Below the pieces are notes generated by a model, which did not search any database, was not told the DNA's origin, and saw nothing but the letters and a program-made list of their open reading frames with translations. Position numbers and translations under genes: made by a program. A stretch of 64,000 nt of DNA from Acidobacteriota bacterium (GTDB lineage Bacteria; Acidobacteriota; Vicinamibacteria; Fen-336), in contig WYBL01000086.1 in NCBI GenBank assembly GCA_011526565.1, positions 22,219 through 86,218 on the forward strand. The letters run 5' to 3'. Below, piece by piece: positions 46,648 through 60,345 of this stretch. The stretch's first letter is position 1. Every line of letters starts with the position of its first letter.

Positions 46648-47411
46648 GGGGCGCCGTGCGCCAGCGCCTCGAGCCGCTCGATCTGGCGCCGGGGCGTGGC
46701 CATCAGCTCGGCGACGACGGGCCGGGCCGGCGCGTTGAGCAGTTCGGCGGGAGGACCGACCTGGACCAGCTCGCCGTCCTGCAGCAGGGCGATGCGGTCC
46801 GCCAGCAGCAGCGCCTCGGTGACGTCGTGGGTGACCATCACGGTGGTGAGGCCCAGGTCGCGATGGATGCGGGCGTACTCGGCCTGCAGGCGGTCGCGCG
46901 TCATCGGGTCCAGCGCCCCGAACGGCTCGTCGAGCAGCATGATCTGCGGGCGGGCCGCCAGCGCCCGCGCCACGCCGACGCGCTGCTGCTGGCCGCCGGA
47001 CAGGTGGCGGGGGAACCTCCCGCGGAACTCGGCGGGCGGCAGCCCCAGCAGCTCGAGCAGCTCGTCCGTGCGCTCGGCGATCTGCCCCGCGCCCCAGCCG
47101 AGCAGGCGCGGGACGACGCCGACGTTCTCGGCGAGCGTCATGTGCGGAAACAGGCCGAAGCGCTGGAAGACGTAGCCGATCGAACGCCGCAGGCGGACGG
47201 CGTCGAGCGAGTGCACGTCCCGGCCGTCGATCAGGACCCGGCCGCTGTCGGCGTCCAGCAGCCGGTTGACGAGCTTGAGGGTCGTCGTCTTGCCGCAGCC
47301 GGAGGGCCCCAAAAGCACCAGGAACTCGCCCGCCGGGACCTCGAGGCTGAGGCTCCGCAGCGCGAAGGCGCCGGCGCCGTAGCTCCGGCAGACGTCCTCG
47401 AAGCGGATCAT
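46644..47411 (-). CDS. ABC transporter ATP-binding protein (no CBS domains)
   Basis: Walker A GPSGCGKTT, signature LSGGQQQR, Walker B LLDEP; ATGA overlap with upstream methyltransferase gene. Confidence 0.9.
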   Translation of the reverse strand: MIRFEDVCRSYGAGAFALRSLSLEVPAGEFLVLLGPSGCGKTTTLKLVNRLLDADSGRVLIDGRDVHSLDAVRLRRSIGYVFQRFGLFPHMTLAENVGVVPRLLGWGAGQIAERTDELLELLGLPPAEFRGRFPRHLSGGQQQRVGVARALAARPQIMLLDEPFGALDPMTRDRLQAEYARIHRDLGLTTVMVTHDVTEALLLADRIALLQDGELVQVGPPAELLNAPARPVVAELMATPRRQIERLEALAHGAP

Positions 47412-48241
47412 GCCTCGACGAGCAGGGACTCCGGCACCGGCTTCAGCTTGGTGAGGACCATGGCCATGTAGTACAGGGGGCGGCCGTCGATGCCGATGCG
47501 GTGACGGTAGCGGCGGCTGGCCTCGAGCCGCGCGTACTGCTCGTCGATCATGCGGCGGATCAGGGCCGCGAACCCGTGCGTGTAGCGCGGCTCGAGGAAG
47601 TCGGCCTTGATGTTGAAGGCCAGCAGGCCCCCGTCGGACACGAACTCGACGGCATTCCAGTACAACCGCGGCGGAATGTCGCCGAAGCCCAGCGCCGCCA
47701 CGCAGGTGAGCGCGTTCGCCGCGAAGCGGCTCAGCCGCTGCCGCGTTTCGGCCGCCACGTCCAGCAGGTCGGCCGCCAGGTAGTCCTCGTACGCACCCGG
47801 CCGATCTCTCAGCGCGGCTTCGCGAGCCTCCTCCAGGATGTCGACTCCCAGCGCGTGCGGCATGCCGTACTCGCGCAGGCGCTCGGCCACGATGCCGTTC
47901 CCGGCCCCCAGGTCGAGGACGCGCAGGCTGTCGCCGTCGAGGCCGGCCTCGCGCCGCACTTCGTCCAGCAACGCCACGACGCGCGAGGGCGAACGGCATT
48001 CGAGCAGGCCGTAGAAGAGGTGCTCGTAGAGCCCCGGGCGACGGTAGATCTCGCCGTAGTCGTGGAAGCGCAGCCGCTTCCACTCGCCGTCCTCGAGGAT
48101 CTCGCACCACTCCTCGGCCTGGCTCAGGCGACCCGTTCCGTCGGCTTCGGGGAAGCGCACCCGGGCCTCCCACTCGGGCTTCCTGAAGTTTCGGGTCGTG
48201 GGGGTGCGATGCGGGGATGCGCCGGAAACGGCTGCTTCCAT
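47408..48241 (-). CDS. Class I SAM-dependent methyltransferase
   Basis: Motif I VLDLGAGNG; 277 aa; translationally coupled to the ABC transporter genes. Confidence 0.75.
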   Translation of the reverse strand: MEAAVSGASPHRTPTTRNFRKPEWEARVRFPEADGTGRLSQAEEWCEILEDGEWKRLRFHDYGEIYRRPGLYEHLFYGLLECRSPSRVVALLDEVRREAGLDGDSLRVLDLGAGNGIVAERLREYGMPHALGVDILEEAREAALRDRPGAYEDYLAADLLDVAAETRQRLSRFAANALTCVAALGFGDIPPRLYWNAVEFVSDGGLLAFNIKADFLEPRYTHGFAALIRRMIDEQYARLEASRRYRHRIGIDGRPLYYMAMVLTKLKPVPESLLVEA

Positions 48242-48440
48242 GAGTAGCTCCTTGCCGGAGCCGCCACGAAGGAGGCGGCTCGGCTCGATGCGCTCACGGA
48301 CGGCCGCTTGTCAGCCACCGACCGAGAACACGAGTTGGACGACCGAATGCGCTCAGATCCGGATGGGGTTCCTCCGACCAGGGGCGACGCTGCGCACCTT
48401 CTCAAAGCCGGGCGCCGGGTGCAAGCCGTAGGATCCCCCC

Positions 48441-48896
48441 ATGACGACCTTCACGTTCACTCCGATCGCCTTCGTTCGCACGCCGTACGCCGACACCGCG
48501 CAGGTGCCGAAGGGGTGCGGGGCGCAGCACGAGGCGGAGGGAGTGATCGAGGTCGAGCGGGCGCTCGAGGCGGGGCTTGGCGACATCGAGGGGTTTTCGC
48601 ACCTGTTCGTGATCTGGGTGTTCGATCGCTCGCCCGGCGTGGAACTGTTCGGTATCGCGCCGACCGACGATCGGCCGCACGGCGTGTTCGCCACCCGCTC
48701 GCCGAAGCGGCCCAACCCGATCGGGCTCACCGTCGTCGAACTGCTCGGGCGCGAGGGGTGCCGGCTCCGTGTGCGCGGCGTCGACATGCTCGACGGCACG
48801 CCGGTGCTCGACCTCAAGCCGTACCTGTCCAGCGTCGATCCGCAGAAACTGCGGCGAGGCTGGCTGGCCGAGGCGGAAGCGCGCCGCCGCGGCTGA
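48441..48896 (+). CDS. tsaA: tRNA-Thr(GGU) m6t6A37 methyltransferase TsaA/TrmO (YaeB family)
   Basis: YaeB-like pattern PNPIGLTVVEL, VLDLKPY. Confidence 0.8.
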   Translation: MTTFTFTPIAFVRTPYADTAQVPKGCGAQHEAEGVIEVERALEAGLGDIEGFSHLFVIWVFDRSPGVELFGIAPTDDRPHGVFATRSPKRPNPIGLTVVELLGREGCRLRVRGVDMLDGTPVLDLKPYLSSVDPQKLRRGWLAEAEARRRG

Positions 48897-48969
48897 GAGC
48901 CGGGGGCGCCGAAAGGCGTTGCGGAAACCCACGCCGCGGCCGACCTTGTCCGATGAGAGGGGGCAACCC

Positions 48970-49434
48970 ATGAAGCGTCTTGCCACTGTCGCCGCCGCGC
49001 TCGCGACGGCCTCGATCCCCTTCACCGTCCTGGCCCAGGAGGTGGCACCGGCCAACCCGGCTGCGCCGGACGCCGTGGCCTCGGCGATCGGCCAGGTCGT
49101 CTACCAGCGCTACTGCGGCGCCTGCCACGGCACGACGGGGCGCGGTGACGGGCCGCTGGCCCCGGAACTGCGGACGAAGGTCGTCGACCTCACGCGGCTG
49201 GCCGCCAACAACGGCGGGAAGTTCCCGTTCTTCAAGGTCGTCCGGGTGATCGACGGCCGCAGTGGCGCCAAGGGGCACGGGTCCGCCGACATGCCGGTGT
49301 GGGGCGAGATCTTCCCGAAGACCCAGGGCGCCCAGGCCCCGGACCCCGAGACCGCGGTGGCCCGGATGACCCACTACCTGTGGTCGATCCAGGAGCCGCC
49401 CGCCCCGGCCTCGTTCGAACCCGCCCGCAAGTAA
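48970..49434 (+). CDS. Class I c-type cytochrome, secreted
   Basis: Signal peptide, single CGACHG haem-binding site, distal Met (MPVW). Confidence 0.8.
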   Translation: MKRLATVAAALATASIPFTVLAQEVAPANPAAPDAVASAIGQVVYQRYCGACHGTTGRGDGPLAPELRTKVVDLTRLAANNGGKFPFFKVVRVIDGRSGAKGHGSADMPVWGEIFPKTQGAQAPDPETAVARMTHYLWSIQEPPAPASFEPARK

Positions 49435-49552
49435 GGCGCCCGCTGCGGCCCCGGCCCCGCGAGGGCGGCCCCGCCGCCCCGCGGGCTCCGTGTGTCCGCG
49501 CCCCGTCGCGCCGGCGCGCTAAACTCCCCGCGGCGACACGGAGGTCCTCTTC

Positions 49553-52258
<2,706 letters not shown>

Positions 52259-52282
52259 GCAAACCGGGTCGGCGGTGGAACA

Positions 52283-53377
52283 ATGCCGCCGCCCCTCCAT
52301 GGAGGCCTGAAGGCCGTGTCGAAACTCAAGCTGATCCCGCTCGCCGGCGGGGACGCCCGCGAGCTCGAGACCGCCGTCGTCGTCGGCCGCGACCCGGGCT
52401 GCGACTGGGTCGTCGCCGACGGTTCCGTGTCGCGCCGCCACGCGCGCCTCGAGCCGCGCGGCGACGGCTGGGCGGTGATCGACCAGGGCAGCGCGAACGG
52501 GACGTTCCTCGGCGCGCAGAAGGTCGTGGACGCCGCGCTGGAGAACGGCCAGGAACTGCGCTTCGGCAACGTCGGCTTCCGCGTCGAGCTGCCGCTGCCC
52601 GCGGGGAGCGACGCGACGATCGTGCAGACGATCCAGTTGCCGACGTTCGACCCGCGCCCGCCGGCGCCCGCGGCGCCGCCGCCTCCGCTGGCGGCCCCGC
52701 CGCCCCCGCCTCGCCCCGCGGCCCCGCCGCCTCCTCCGCCCCCGCCGCCGCGGGCCGCGGGCCCGGTGCCTCCTCCGCCCCCGCCGCGCGCGGTCGGGGG
52801 GCCCGTGCTGCCGCCGCCCCCGCCCGCGGGTGGAGGCGGAGCGAAGAAGGCGATGGCGTGGGCGGCCGGCGGCTGCGGCTGCCTCCTGATCCTGTTCGGC
52901 ATGGCCGCGCTCGGGCTGATGCTGATGGCGGGGTCGTGTGGCGACTCGGCCACGCCGCCGGCTCCGGGCGCCTCCCCCGCCCCGGCGTCGCAGGACGGCA
53001 GCACCGCGCCGGCGATGATGAAGATCACCGACGAAGGGCTCAAGGCCGGCGTCGCGGGCGACGCGGTCACCGTCGACTTCGCCTACGTGGCGACCGGCTT
53101 CGCGACGCGAGCCGAGGGCGGCGGTTACCGGATCCAGTTGCAGGCCGACGTGACCACCTTCGGTCCCGACGGCAGCAAGATCGAAAGCCTGTCGCAGGAC
53201 GCCTTCCACGTCGCCGACGAGGTGGTGCCGCAGCAGCCGGACACGTACCGCTTCAGCGGCCAGCTCACGATCGCGGCGGGGGCGGCCGGCGGTCGCTACC
53301 ACCTGCAGATCGACGTCACCGACCGGCTGTCGGGGACGCGCGCGACCAAGCGCTCCGCCTTCGATCTCGAGGGCTGA
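52283..53377 (+). CDS. FHA-domain protein with Pro-rich linker, TM helix and C-terminal extracytoplasmic domain (start 52283 ATG or 52316 GTG)
   Basis: FHA core GRDPGCDWVVADGSVSRRHARLE...SANGTF; PPPPPPPPP linker; TM AMAWAAGGCGCLLILFGMAALGLMLMAG. Confidence 0.8.
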   Translation: MPPPLHGGLKAVSKLKLIPLAGGDARELETAVVVGRDPGCDWVVADGSVSRRHARLEPRGDGWAVIDQGSANGTFLGAQKVVDAALENGQELRFGNVGFRVELPLPAGSDATIVQTIQLPTFDPRPPAPAAPPPPLAAPPPPPRPAAPPPPPPPPPRAAGPVPPPPPPRAVGGPVLPPPPPAGGGGAKKAMAWAAGGCGCLLILFGMAALGLMLMAGSCGDSATPPAPGASPAPASQDGSTAPAMMKITDEGLKAGVAGDAVTVDFAYVATGFATRAEGGGYRIQLQADVTTFGPDGSKIESLSQDAFHVADEVVPQQPDTYRFSGQLTIAAGAAGGRYHLQIDVTDRLSGTRATKRSAFDLEG

Positions 53378-53384
53378 AGCCGCA

Positions 53385-54404
53385 ATGCTGCTCGGCCTGC
53401 TGATCGGGCTCACCTTCGTCACGCCGCTGGTGTTCTTCTACGTTCTGGTCATCAAAGGCGTCGACCGCTACGAGCCCGAGCCATGGTGGCTGCTGACTGC
53501 GGCCTTCCTGTGGGGCGCGTTCGCCTCGACGGCGCTGGCCATCGTCGGCAACGGCCTCGGCGACGCGGTGTTCACGGCGGCGCTGGGCCAGGGCAACCCG
53601 CTGATCGAGGGCGCCACCGCGTCGATCGTGGCGCCTCTCGTCGAGGAGTCGACCAAGGGTCTCGGCCTGCTGCTGCTGCTCGCGGTCTCGCTGCTGTGGC
53701 TGCACGAGGTCGACGGCCCGCTCGACGGCGTCATCTACGGCGGCGTCGTCGGCCTCGGCTTCACGTTCACCGAGGACATCCTCTACATCTCGCGCCACAC
53801 GGCCGAGCACGGCGTGGCCGGCGGCTTCGTGCTGCTGGTGCTGCGCACGGTGCTGGCCGGACTCGGGCACGCCAGCTTCACGGCGATGACCGGCCTCGGC
53901 ATCGGCATCGCGGTGGTCGCCCGCAACCCGCTGCTGCGGATCGCCGCGCCGATCGCCGGCTGGTGCCTCGCGGTGCTGCTGCACGGCATCCACAACGGCC
54001 TGGTCAGCTTCTTCGGCGGCGCCGGCCTGGTCGTCAAGCTGCTGTTCTTCTGGCTCGTCGACATCCTCTTCTTCGTGCTGCTGTTCGCCCTCGCGCTGCG
54101 CGACCGCCGCCTCGTGCGCGAGCAGCTCGCGCCCGAGGTGGGGGTGATCCTGCACGAGCTGGAGCTCGAGAACGTCACCCGCTTCAAGATGCTGCTGCCG
54201 CTGTGGAACACCATCGCGCTGTGGGGCGACGGGCTCGCGGGCTACCGGCAGCGCCGCGCCAAGCAGCTCGCGCTGATCGAGCTGGCCTTCGCCAAGGATC
54301 GCGCCCAGCGCGACCCTGAAGACGCGGAGAAGGCGGCCCGGGAAGCCGAACTCCGCCGCCAGATCGACGGCCACAACGCCGCAGGCGTGTTCGTCGGGAC
54401 CTGA
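53385..54404 (+). CDS. PrsW-family intramembrane metalloprotease
   Basis: EESTKG and HGIHNG motifs (PrsW EExxK / HxxxN), multi-TM. Confidence 0.8.
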   Translation: MLLGLLIGLTFVTPLVFFYVLVIKGVDRYEPEPWWLLTAAFLWGAFASTALAIVGNGLGDAVFTAALGQGNPLIEGATASIVAPLVEESTKGLGLLLLLAVSLLWLHEVDGPLDGVIYGGVVGLGFTFTEDILYISRHTAEHGVAGGFVLLVLRTVLAGLGHASFTAMTGLGIGIAVVARNPLLRIAAPIAGWCLAVLLHGIHNGLVSFFGGAGLVVKLLFFWLVDILFFVLLFALALRDRRLVREQLAPEVGVILHELELENVTRFKMLLPLWNTIALWGDGLAGYRQRRAKQLALIELAFAKDRAQRDPEDAEKAAREAELRRQIDGHNAAGVFVGT

Positions 54405-54441
54405 GGGTCGATCGGGTTCGGGGGTTGCGGTCCCCTGGGGC

Positions 54442-54810
54442 CTACGCCCCGCGGGCGTCGAAGGCGGCGGCCGTCTCCGGGTACATGCGGCGGGCGTACT
54501 CGAGTTCGGGCTTCATCTGGCCGAGCAGCATCAGCCCGTACATGTGGAAGTCGCCCATCAGCGACCACACGGGGTGGCGGAAGGTCGCCGGCCGGTTGCG
54601 CTCGAACACGAGGTGGCCGAGCCACGCGAAGCTGTAGCCCGCGACCGGCGCCGCGAACATCCAGACGGGCGTGGTCAGGATCGCGCCGGCGGCGATCGCG
54701 ATCACGAAGGTGGTGCCGACCGCGTGCAGCACCCGGTTCAGCGGGTGGAGGTGCTGCGAGACGTAGTACGGCCAGAACTCGCGGTAGCTGGAGGGCCGGC
54801 CCGAACGCAT
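54442..54810 (-). CDS. DUF962 (Mpo1-like) membrane protein
   Basis: 122 aa, YHxN/HxxxNRPATF pattern. Confidence 0.65.
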   Translation of the reverse strand: MRSGRPSSYREFWPYYVSQHLHPLNRVLHAVGTTFVIAIAAGAILTTPVWMFAAPVAGYSFAWLGHLVFERNRPATFRHPVWSLMGDFHMYGLMLLGQMKPELEYARRMYPETAAAFDARGA

Positions 54811-54876
54811 TCGCCGATTCTAGAAGATCCCCCGCCGCGCGGGTATGCTCGCCTTCACCACGCAAGGAGGCCCTCG

Positions 54877-56895
<2,019 letters not shown>

Positions 56896-57957
56896 ATGCG
56901 CATCCTCGACGTCGCCCACGAGATGGGCCACGAGGAGGTGATCGTCCTCCACGACGCGGCCTCGGGCCTGCGCGCCGTGGTCGCCATCCACGACACGACG
57001 CTGGGGCCCGCCACGGGCGGCACCCGGATGCGGCTGTACCCGACGATGGACGACGCGGTGCTCGACGCGCTGCGGCTGTCGCGGGCGATGACCTTCAAGG
57101 CGGCGCTGGCCGAGATGCCGACGGGCGGCGGCAAGGCGGTGATCCTCGGCGACCCCGCCCGCGACAAGACCCGCCAGCGCCTCGTCGCCTACGCCCGCGC
57201 CATCGAACGGATGGGCGGGCGCTTCCACACCGGGCCCGACATGGGGATCGACCCGCGCGACGTCGCGGTGATGGCGCGGCAGACGAAGCACGTCTCCCAC
57301 GCCGGGGCGCAATCCGGAGTCGACACCGCCGACCTCACGGCACTGGGCGTGCTGGAGTCGATCCGGCAGACGGCCGACTTCCTGGGCCTCGAGCTGGCCG
57401 GAGTGCGGGTCGCGCTGCAGGGCGCCGGCCAGGTCGGCTACCGGCTGGCGAAGCGGCTGCACGCGGCCGGCGCGCGGCTGGTCGCCGCCTGCGACCGCGA
57501 GGGCGCCCGCGCCGAGCGGCTCGTCGACGAGTGCGGCGCCACGCTCGTCGAGCCCGACGCCATCTACGACGTCGAGTGCGACGTCTTCTCGCCGAACGCG
57601 GCCGGTGCCGTGCTCAACAGCGAGACGATCCCGCGGCTGCGGGCGAAGGCCGTCGTCGGCGCCGCGAACGAGCAGCTCTCGATGGCCGAGGACGGCGACC
57701 GCCTCCACGAGCGCGGCATCGTGTGGGCGCCCGATTACGTCGTCAACGCCGGCGGCCTGCTCAGCCTGCTGCACGAGCGCGGCGAACTCGACGAGGACGG
57801 CATTCGCGAGAGGGTCAAGGCGATCGGGCCGCGGGTGCGCGAGATCCTGGAGAGCGCCGCCGACGACGACCTGCCCCCGCACGTGATCGCCGACCGCATC
57901 GCCCACGAGCGGCTGCGCGCTGCCCGCGAGGCGAAGCGGGCTCGGCCCCTCGCATGA
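56896..57957 (+). CDS. Glu/Leu/Phe/Val dehydrogenase family (leucine/phenylalanine dehydrogenase-like)
   Basis: GGGK active-site region MPTGGGKAVI, Rossmann GAGQVG; 353 aa. Confidence 0.88.
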   Translation: MRILDVAHEMGHEEVIVLHDAASGLRAVVAIHDTTLGPATGGTRMRLYPTMDDAVLDALRLSRAMTFKAALAEMPTGGGKAVILGDPARDKTRQRLVAYARAIERMGGRFHTGPDMGIDPRDVAVMARQTKHVSHAGAQSGVDTADLTALGVLESIRQTADFLGLELAGVRVALQGAGQVGYRLAKRLHAAGARLVAACDREGARAERLVDECGATLVEPDAIYDVECDVFSPNAAGAVLNSETIPRLRAKAVVGAANEQLSMAEDGDRLHERGIVWAPDYVVNAGGLLSLLHERGELDEDGIRERVKAIGPRVREILESAADDDLPPHVIADRIAHERLRAAREAKRARPLA

Positions 57958-58751
57958 GCCGCCGCTTCGCCCGCGGCGGCGGTGCGCTCGCCTGGGACGT
58001 GAGCGGCGAGGGCCCGGACCTGCTGCTGCTCCACGCCTTCCCGTTCGACCACGGCATGTGGGACGAGGTGGCCGAGGCGCTGGCTCCGCATGCCCGCTGC
58101 GTGCGCTTCTCGGCCCGCGGCTTCGGCGGCTCGAGCCCCGCCGGTGCGCTGCTGTCGATGGAGGGCATCGCGGCCGACGCGGTGGCGCTGCTCGACCACC
58201 TCGGCATCTCCCGCGCGGCCGTGTGCGGGCTGTCGATGGGCGGCTACGCGGCGCTGGCGATGGCCCGCGCCCACCCGACCCGGCTGTCGGGGCTCGCCCT
58301 CGTCGACACCCGGGCCGAGGCCGACACGCCCGACTCGCGCGCGGGCCGGGCGGCGCTGGCGGCGGCCGTGCGGGCGCAGGGGGTCGGCCCGGTCGTGGAG
58401 GCGATGCTGCCGCGGCTGCTCGGCGCGACGACGCAACGCGAGCGGCCGCAGGTCGTGTCGAAGGTCCGGGCGGCGATCGAGGCGGCGGCGCCGGGCGCCG
58501 TCGCCGACGCGCTGGCCGGGCTCGCGGCGCGCGCCGACCAGACCGGGCTGCTGCGCGAGATCCGGGTGCCGGCGCTGTGCGTCGTCGGCGCCGAAGACGC
58601 GCTGACCCCGCCCGCCGACGCGCAGCGGATGGCGGCGGCGATCCCCGGGGCGAAGCTCGTCACGCTGCCCGCCTGCGGCCACCTGCCCAGCTTCGAGGCG
58701 CCCGCCGCGCTGGCCGCCGCGCTGCGCCAGTGGCTCGCCGCCCGGCCCTGA
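57954..58751 (+). CDS. Alpha/beta-fold hydrolase
   Basis: GLSMGG nucleophile elbow, C-terminal His; ATGA-type overlap with dehydrogenase gene. Confidence 0.8.
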   Translation: MSRRFARGGGALAWDVSGEGPDLLLLHAFPFDHGMWDEVAEALAPHARCVRFSARGFGGSSPAGALLSMEGIAADAVALLDHLGISRAAVCGLSMGGYAALAMARAHPTRLSGLALVDTRAEADTPDSRAGRAALAAAVRAQGVGPVVEAMLPRLLGATTQRERPQVVSKVRAAIEAAAPGAVADALAGLAARADQTGLLREIRVPALCVVGAEDALTPPADAQRMAAAIPGAKLVTLPACGHLPSFEAPAALAAALRQWLAARP

Positions 58752-59731
58752 TGGAGTTCGGTGCGGCGCTCGCCGCGAACCTCACATCGCCGCCGGTGCT
58801 GGCGTTCGCGCTCGGCTTCCTGGCCACCGCGCTGGGCGCGGAGCTGAAGCTGCACGAGGCGCTGTACGACGCGCTGTCGGTCTACCTGCTGCTGGCGATC
58901 GGGCTCAAGGGCGGCGTGGCGATCTCGGTCGCCGAGCCGGGCGCGCTGTTGTGGCCCGCGCTGGCCGCGCTCGCGATGGGCACGGGCATCCCGCTGTGGT
59001 GCTACGCGGTGCTGCGCCGGCTGCTGCGGCTCGGCGCGGCCGACGCCGGCGCGCTGGCCGCCCACTACGGTTCGGTCTCCGCCGTCACCTTCGTGGCCGC
59101 GCTGCAGTTCCTGGCGGCGCGCGGGGTGCCGGCCGAGGGCTTCCTGCCCGCGCTGGTCGCGCTGCTCGAGGTGCCGGCGATCGTCGTCGCCATCGCGCTG
59201 GCCCGCGCCGGCGGCGCCGCGGGCGGCGGCGGCGGCCTGCGCGAGGCGCTGCACGAGGTCGTGTTCGGCCGCAGCGTCGTGTTGCTGGTGGGCGGCCTGG
59301 CGATCGGCGTGCTGACCGGCGAGCGCGGCTTCGCGGCGGTCAAGCCGCTGTTCTCCGACCTGTTCCTGGGCGCGCTGGTGCTGTTCCTGCTCGAGCTGGG
59401 CGTCGTCGCCTCGCGTCGCCGCGGCGACCTGCGGCGCGCGGGGGCGCCGCTCGTCGCCTTCGCGGTGATCGCGCCGATCGTGCACGCGGCGCTGGCGGCG
59501 CTGCTCGGCCCGCTCGTCGGGCTCTCGCCCGGCGGGACCATGGTGTTCGCCACGCTGGCCGCCTCGGCGTCGTACATTGCGGCCCCAGCGGCCGTGCGCC
59601 TGGCGCTGCCCGAGGCCTCGCCCAGCCTGTACCTGGCCAGCTCGCTGGTCGTCACCTTCCCCTTCAACCTGGCGCTGGGCCTGCCGCTCTACGACGCGTT
59701 CGCGCGGCTCGCCCACCGCCTGCTCGGGTAG
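58751..59731 (+). CDS. sbtA: SbtA-family Na+-dependent bicarbonate transporter-like permease
   Basis: N-terminus LTSPPVLAFALGFLATALGAELKLHEALYDALSVYLLLAIGLKGGVAI resembles cyanobacterial SbtA; multi-TM. Confidence 0.75.
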   Translation: MEFGAALAANLTSPPVLAFALGFLATALGAELKLHEALYDALSVYLLLAIGLKGGVAISVAEPGALLWPALAALAMGTGIPLWCYAVLRRLLRLGAADAGALAAHYGSVSAVTFVAALQFLAARGVPAEGFLPALVALLEVPAIVVAIALARAGGAAGGGGGLREALHEVVFGRSVVLLVGGLAIGVLTGERGFAAVKPLFSDLFLGALVLFLLELGVVASRRRGDLRRAGAPLVAFAVIAPIVHAALAALLGPLVGLSPGGTMVFATLAASASYIAAPAAVRLALPEASPSLYLASSLVVTFPFNLALGLPLYDAFARLAHRLLG

Positions 59732-59735
59732 CGCC

Positions 59736-60044
59736 ATGGCGATTCACACGGTACCGGTGCAGCGGGTCACGATCGTCGCCGAGTCGCTGCTCGAGGAGCG
59801 GCTGCTCAAGGACCTCGAGGCGGCCGGCGCCCGCGGCTACACGCTGACGGCGGCCCGCGGCGCCGGCGCCCGCGGCGTGCGCAGCAGCGAGTGGGAAGGC
59901 GGCAACGTGCGGATCGAGACGCTCGTCTCCGACGCGGTCGCGCAGCGCCTGCTCGAGCGGCTGGCCGAGGCGTACTTTCCCCACTACGCCGTGGTCGCCT
60001 GGGTCGAGACGGTCGAGGTCGTGCGCGGCGATCGCTACGTGTGA
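59736..60044 (+). CDS. sbtB: SbtB, PII-like signalling protein
   Basis: 102 aa P-II-like (IVAESLLEERLLKDLEAAGARGYTL...), immediately downstream of sbtA. Confidence 0.75.
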   Translation: MAIHTVPVQRVTIVAESLLEERLLKDLEAAGARGYTLTAARGAGARGVRSSEWEGGNVRIETLVSDAVAQRLLERLAEAYFPHYAVVAWVETVEVVRGDRYV

Positions 60045-60345
60045 GCCTTCACCAGCCGAGCGCCAGGCGGTCGCGCCGCGCGCCGCGCTCCCGGCGGCGG
60101 TCCAGGGCCCGCGCCAGCGCTCGCTGCAGGCGGCCGGCGCCGCGGTCGATCGCCACGTAGAGGTCCGAGTCGCGCTCGGCGATCTCGAGCTGGCCGCCGC
60201 GGCGCAGTCGGGCCAGCATCCGCGCCTGCTTGTCGACGCCTCCGCGCGAACCTCCTCGCCCTCCAAGATGGAGCGTCGCTCATGCATAGACCACGAGATT
60301 GTTTCGACTTGTCGAATAGCAATCCGCGATGCATAATCGGTTCCG

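Noticed and set aside
52650-52830. Pro-codon-rich periodic DNA (CCGCC/CCGCCG repeats) resembling a tandem repeat array
   Set aside because: It encodes the poly-proline linker of the FHA protein. It is in frame and not an independent repeat or CRISPR.
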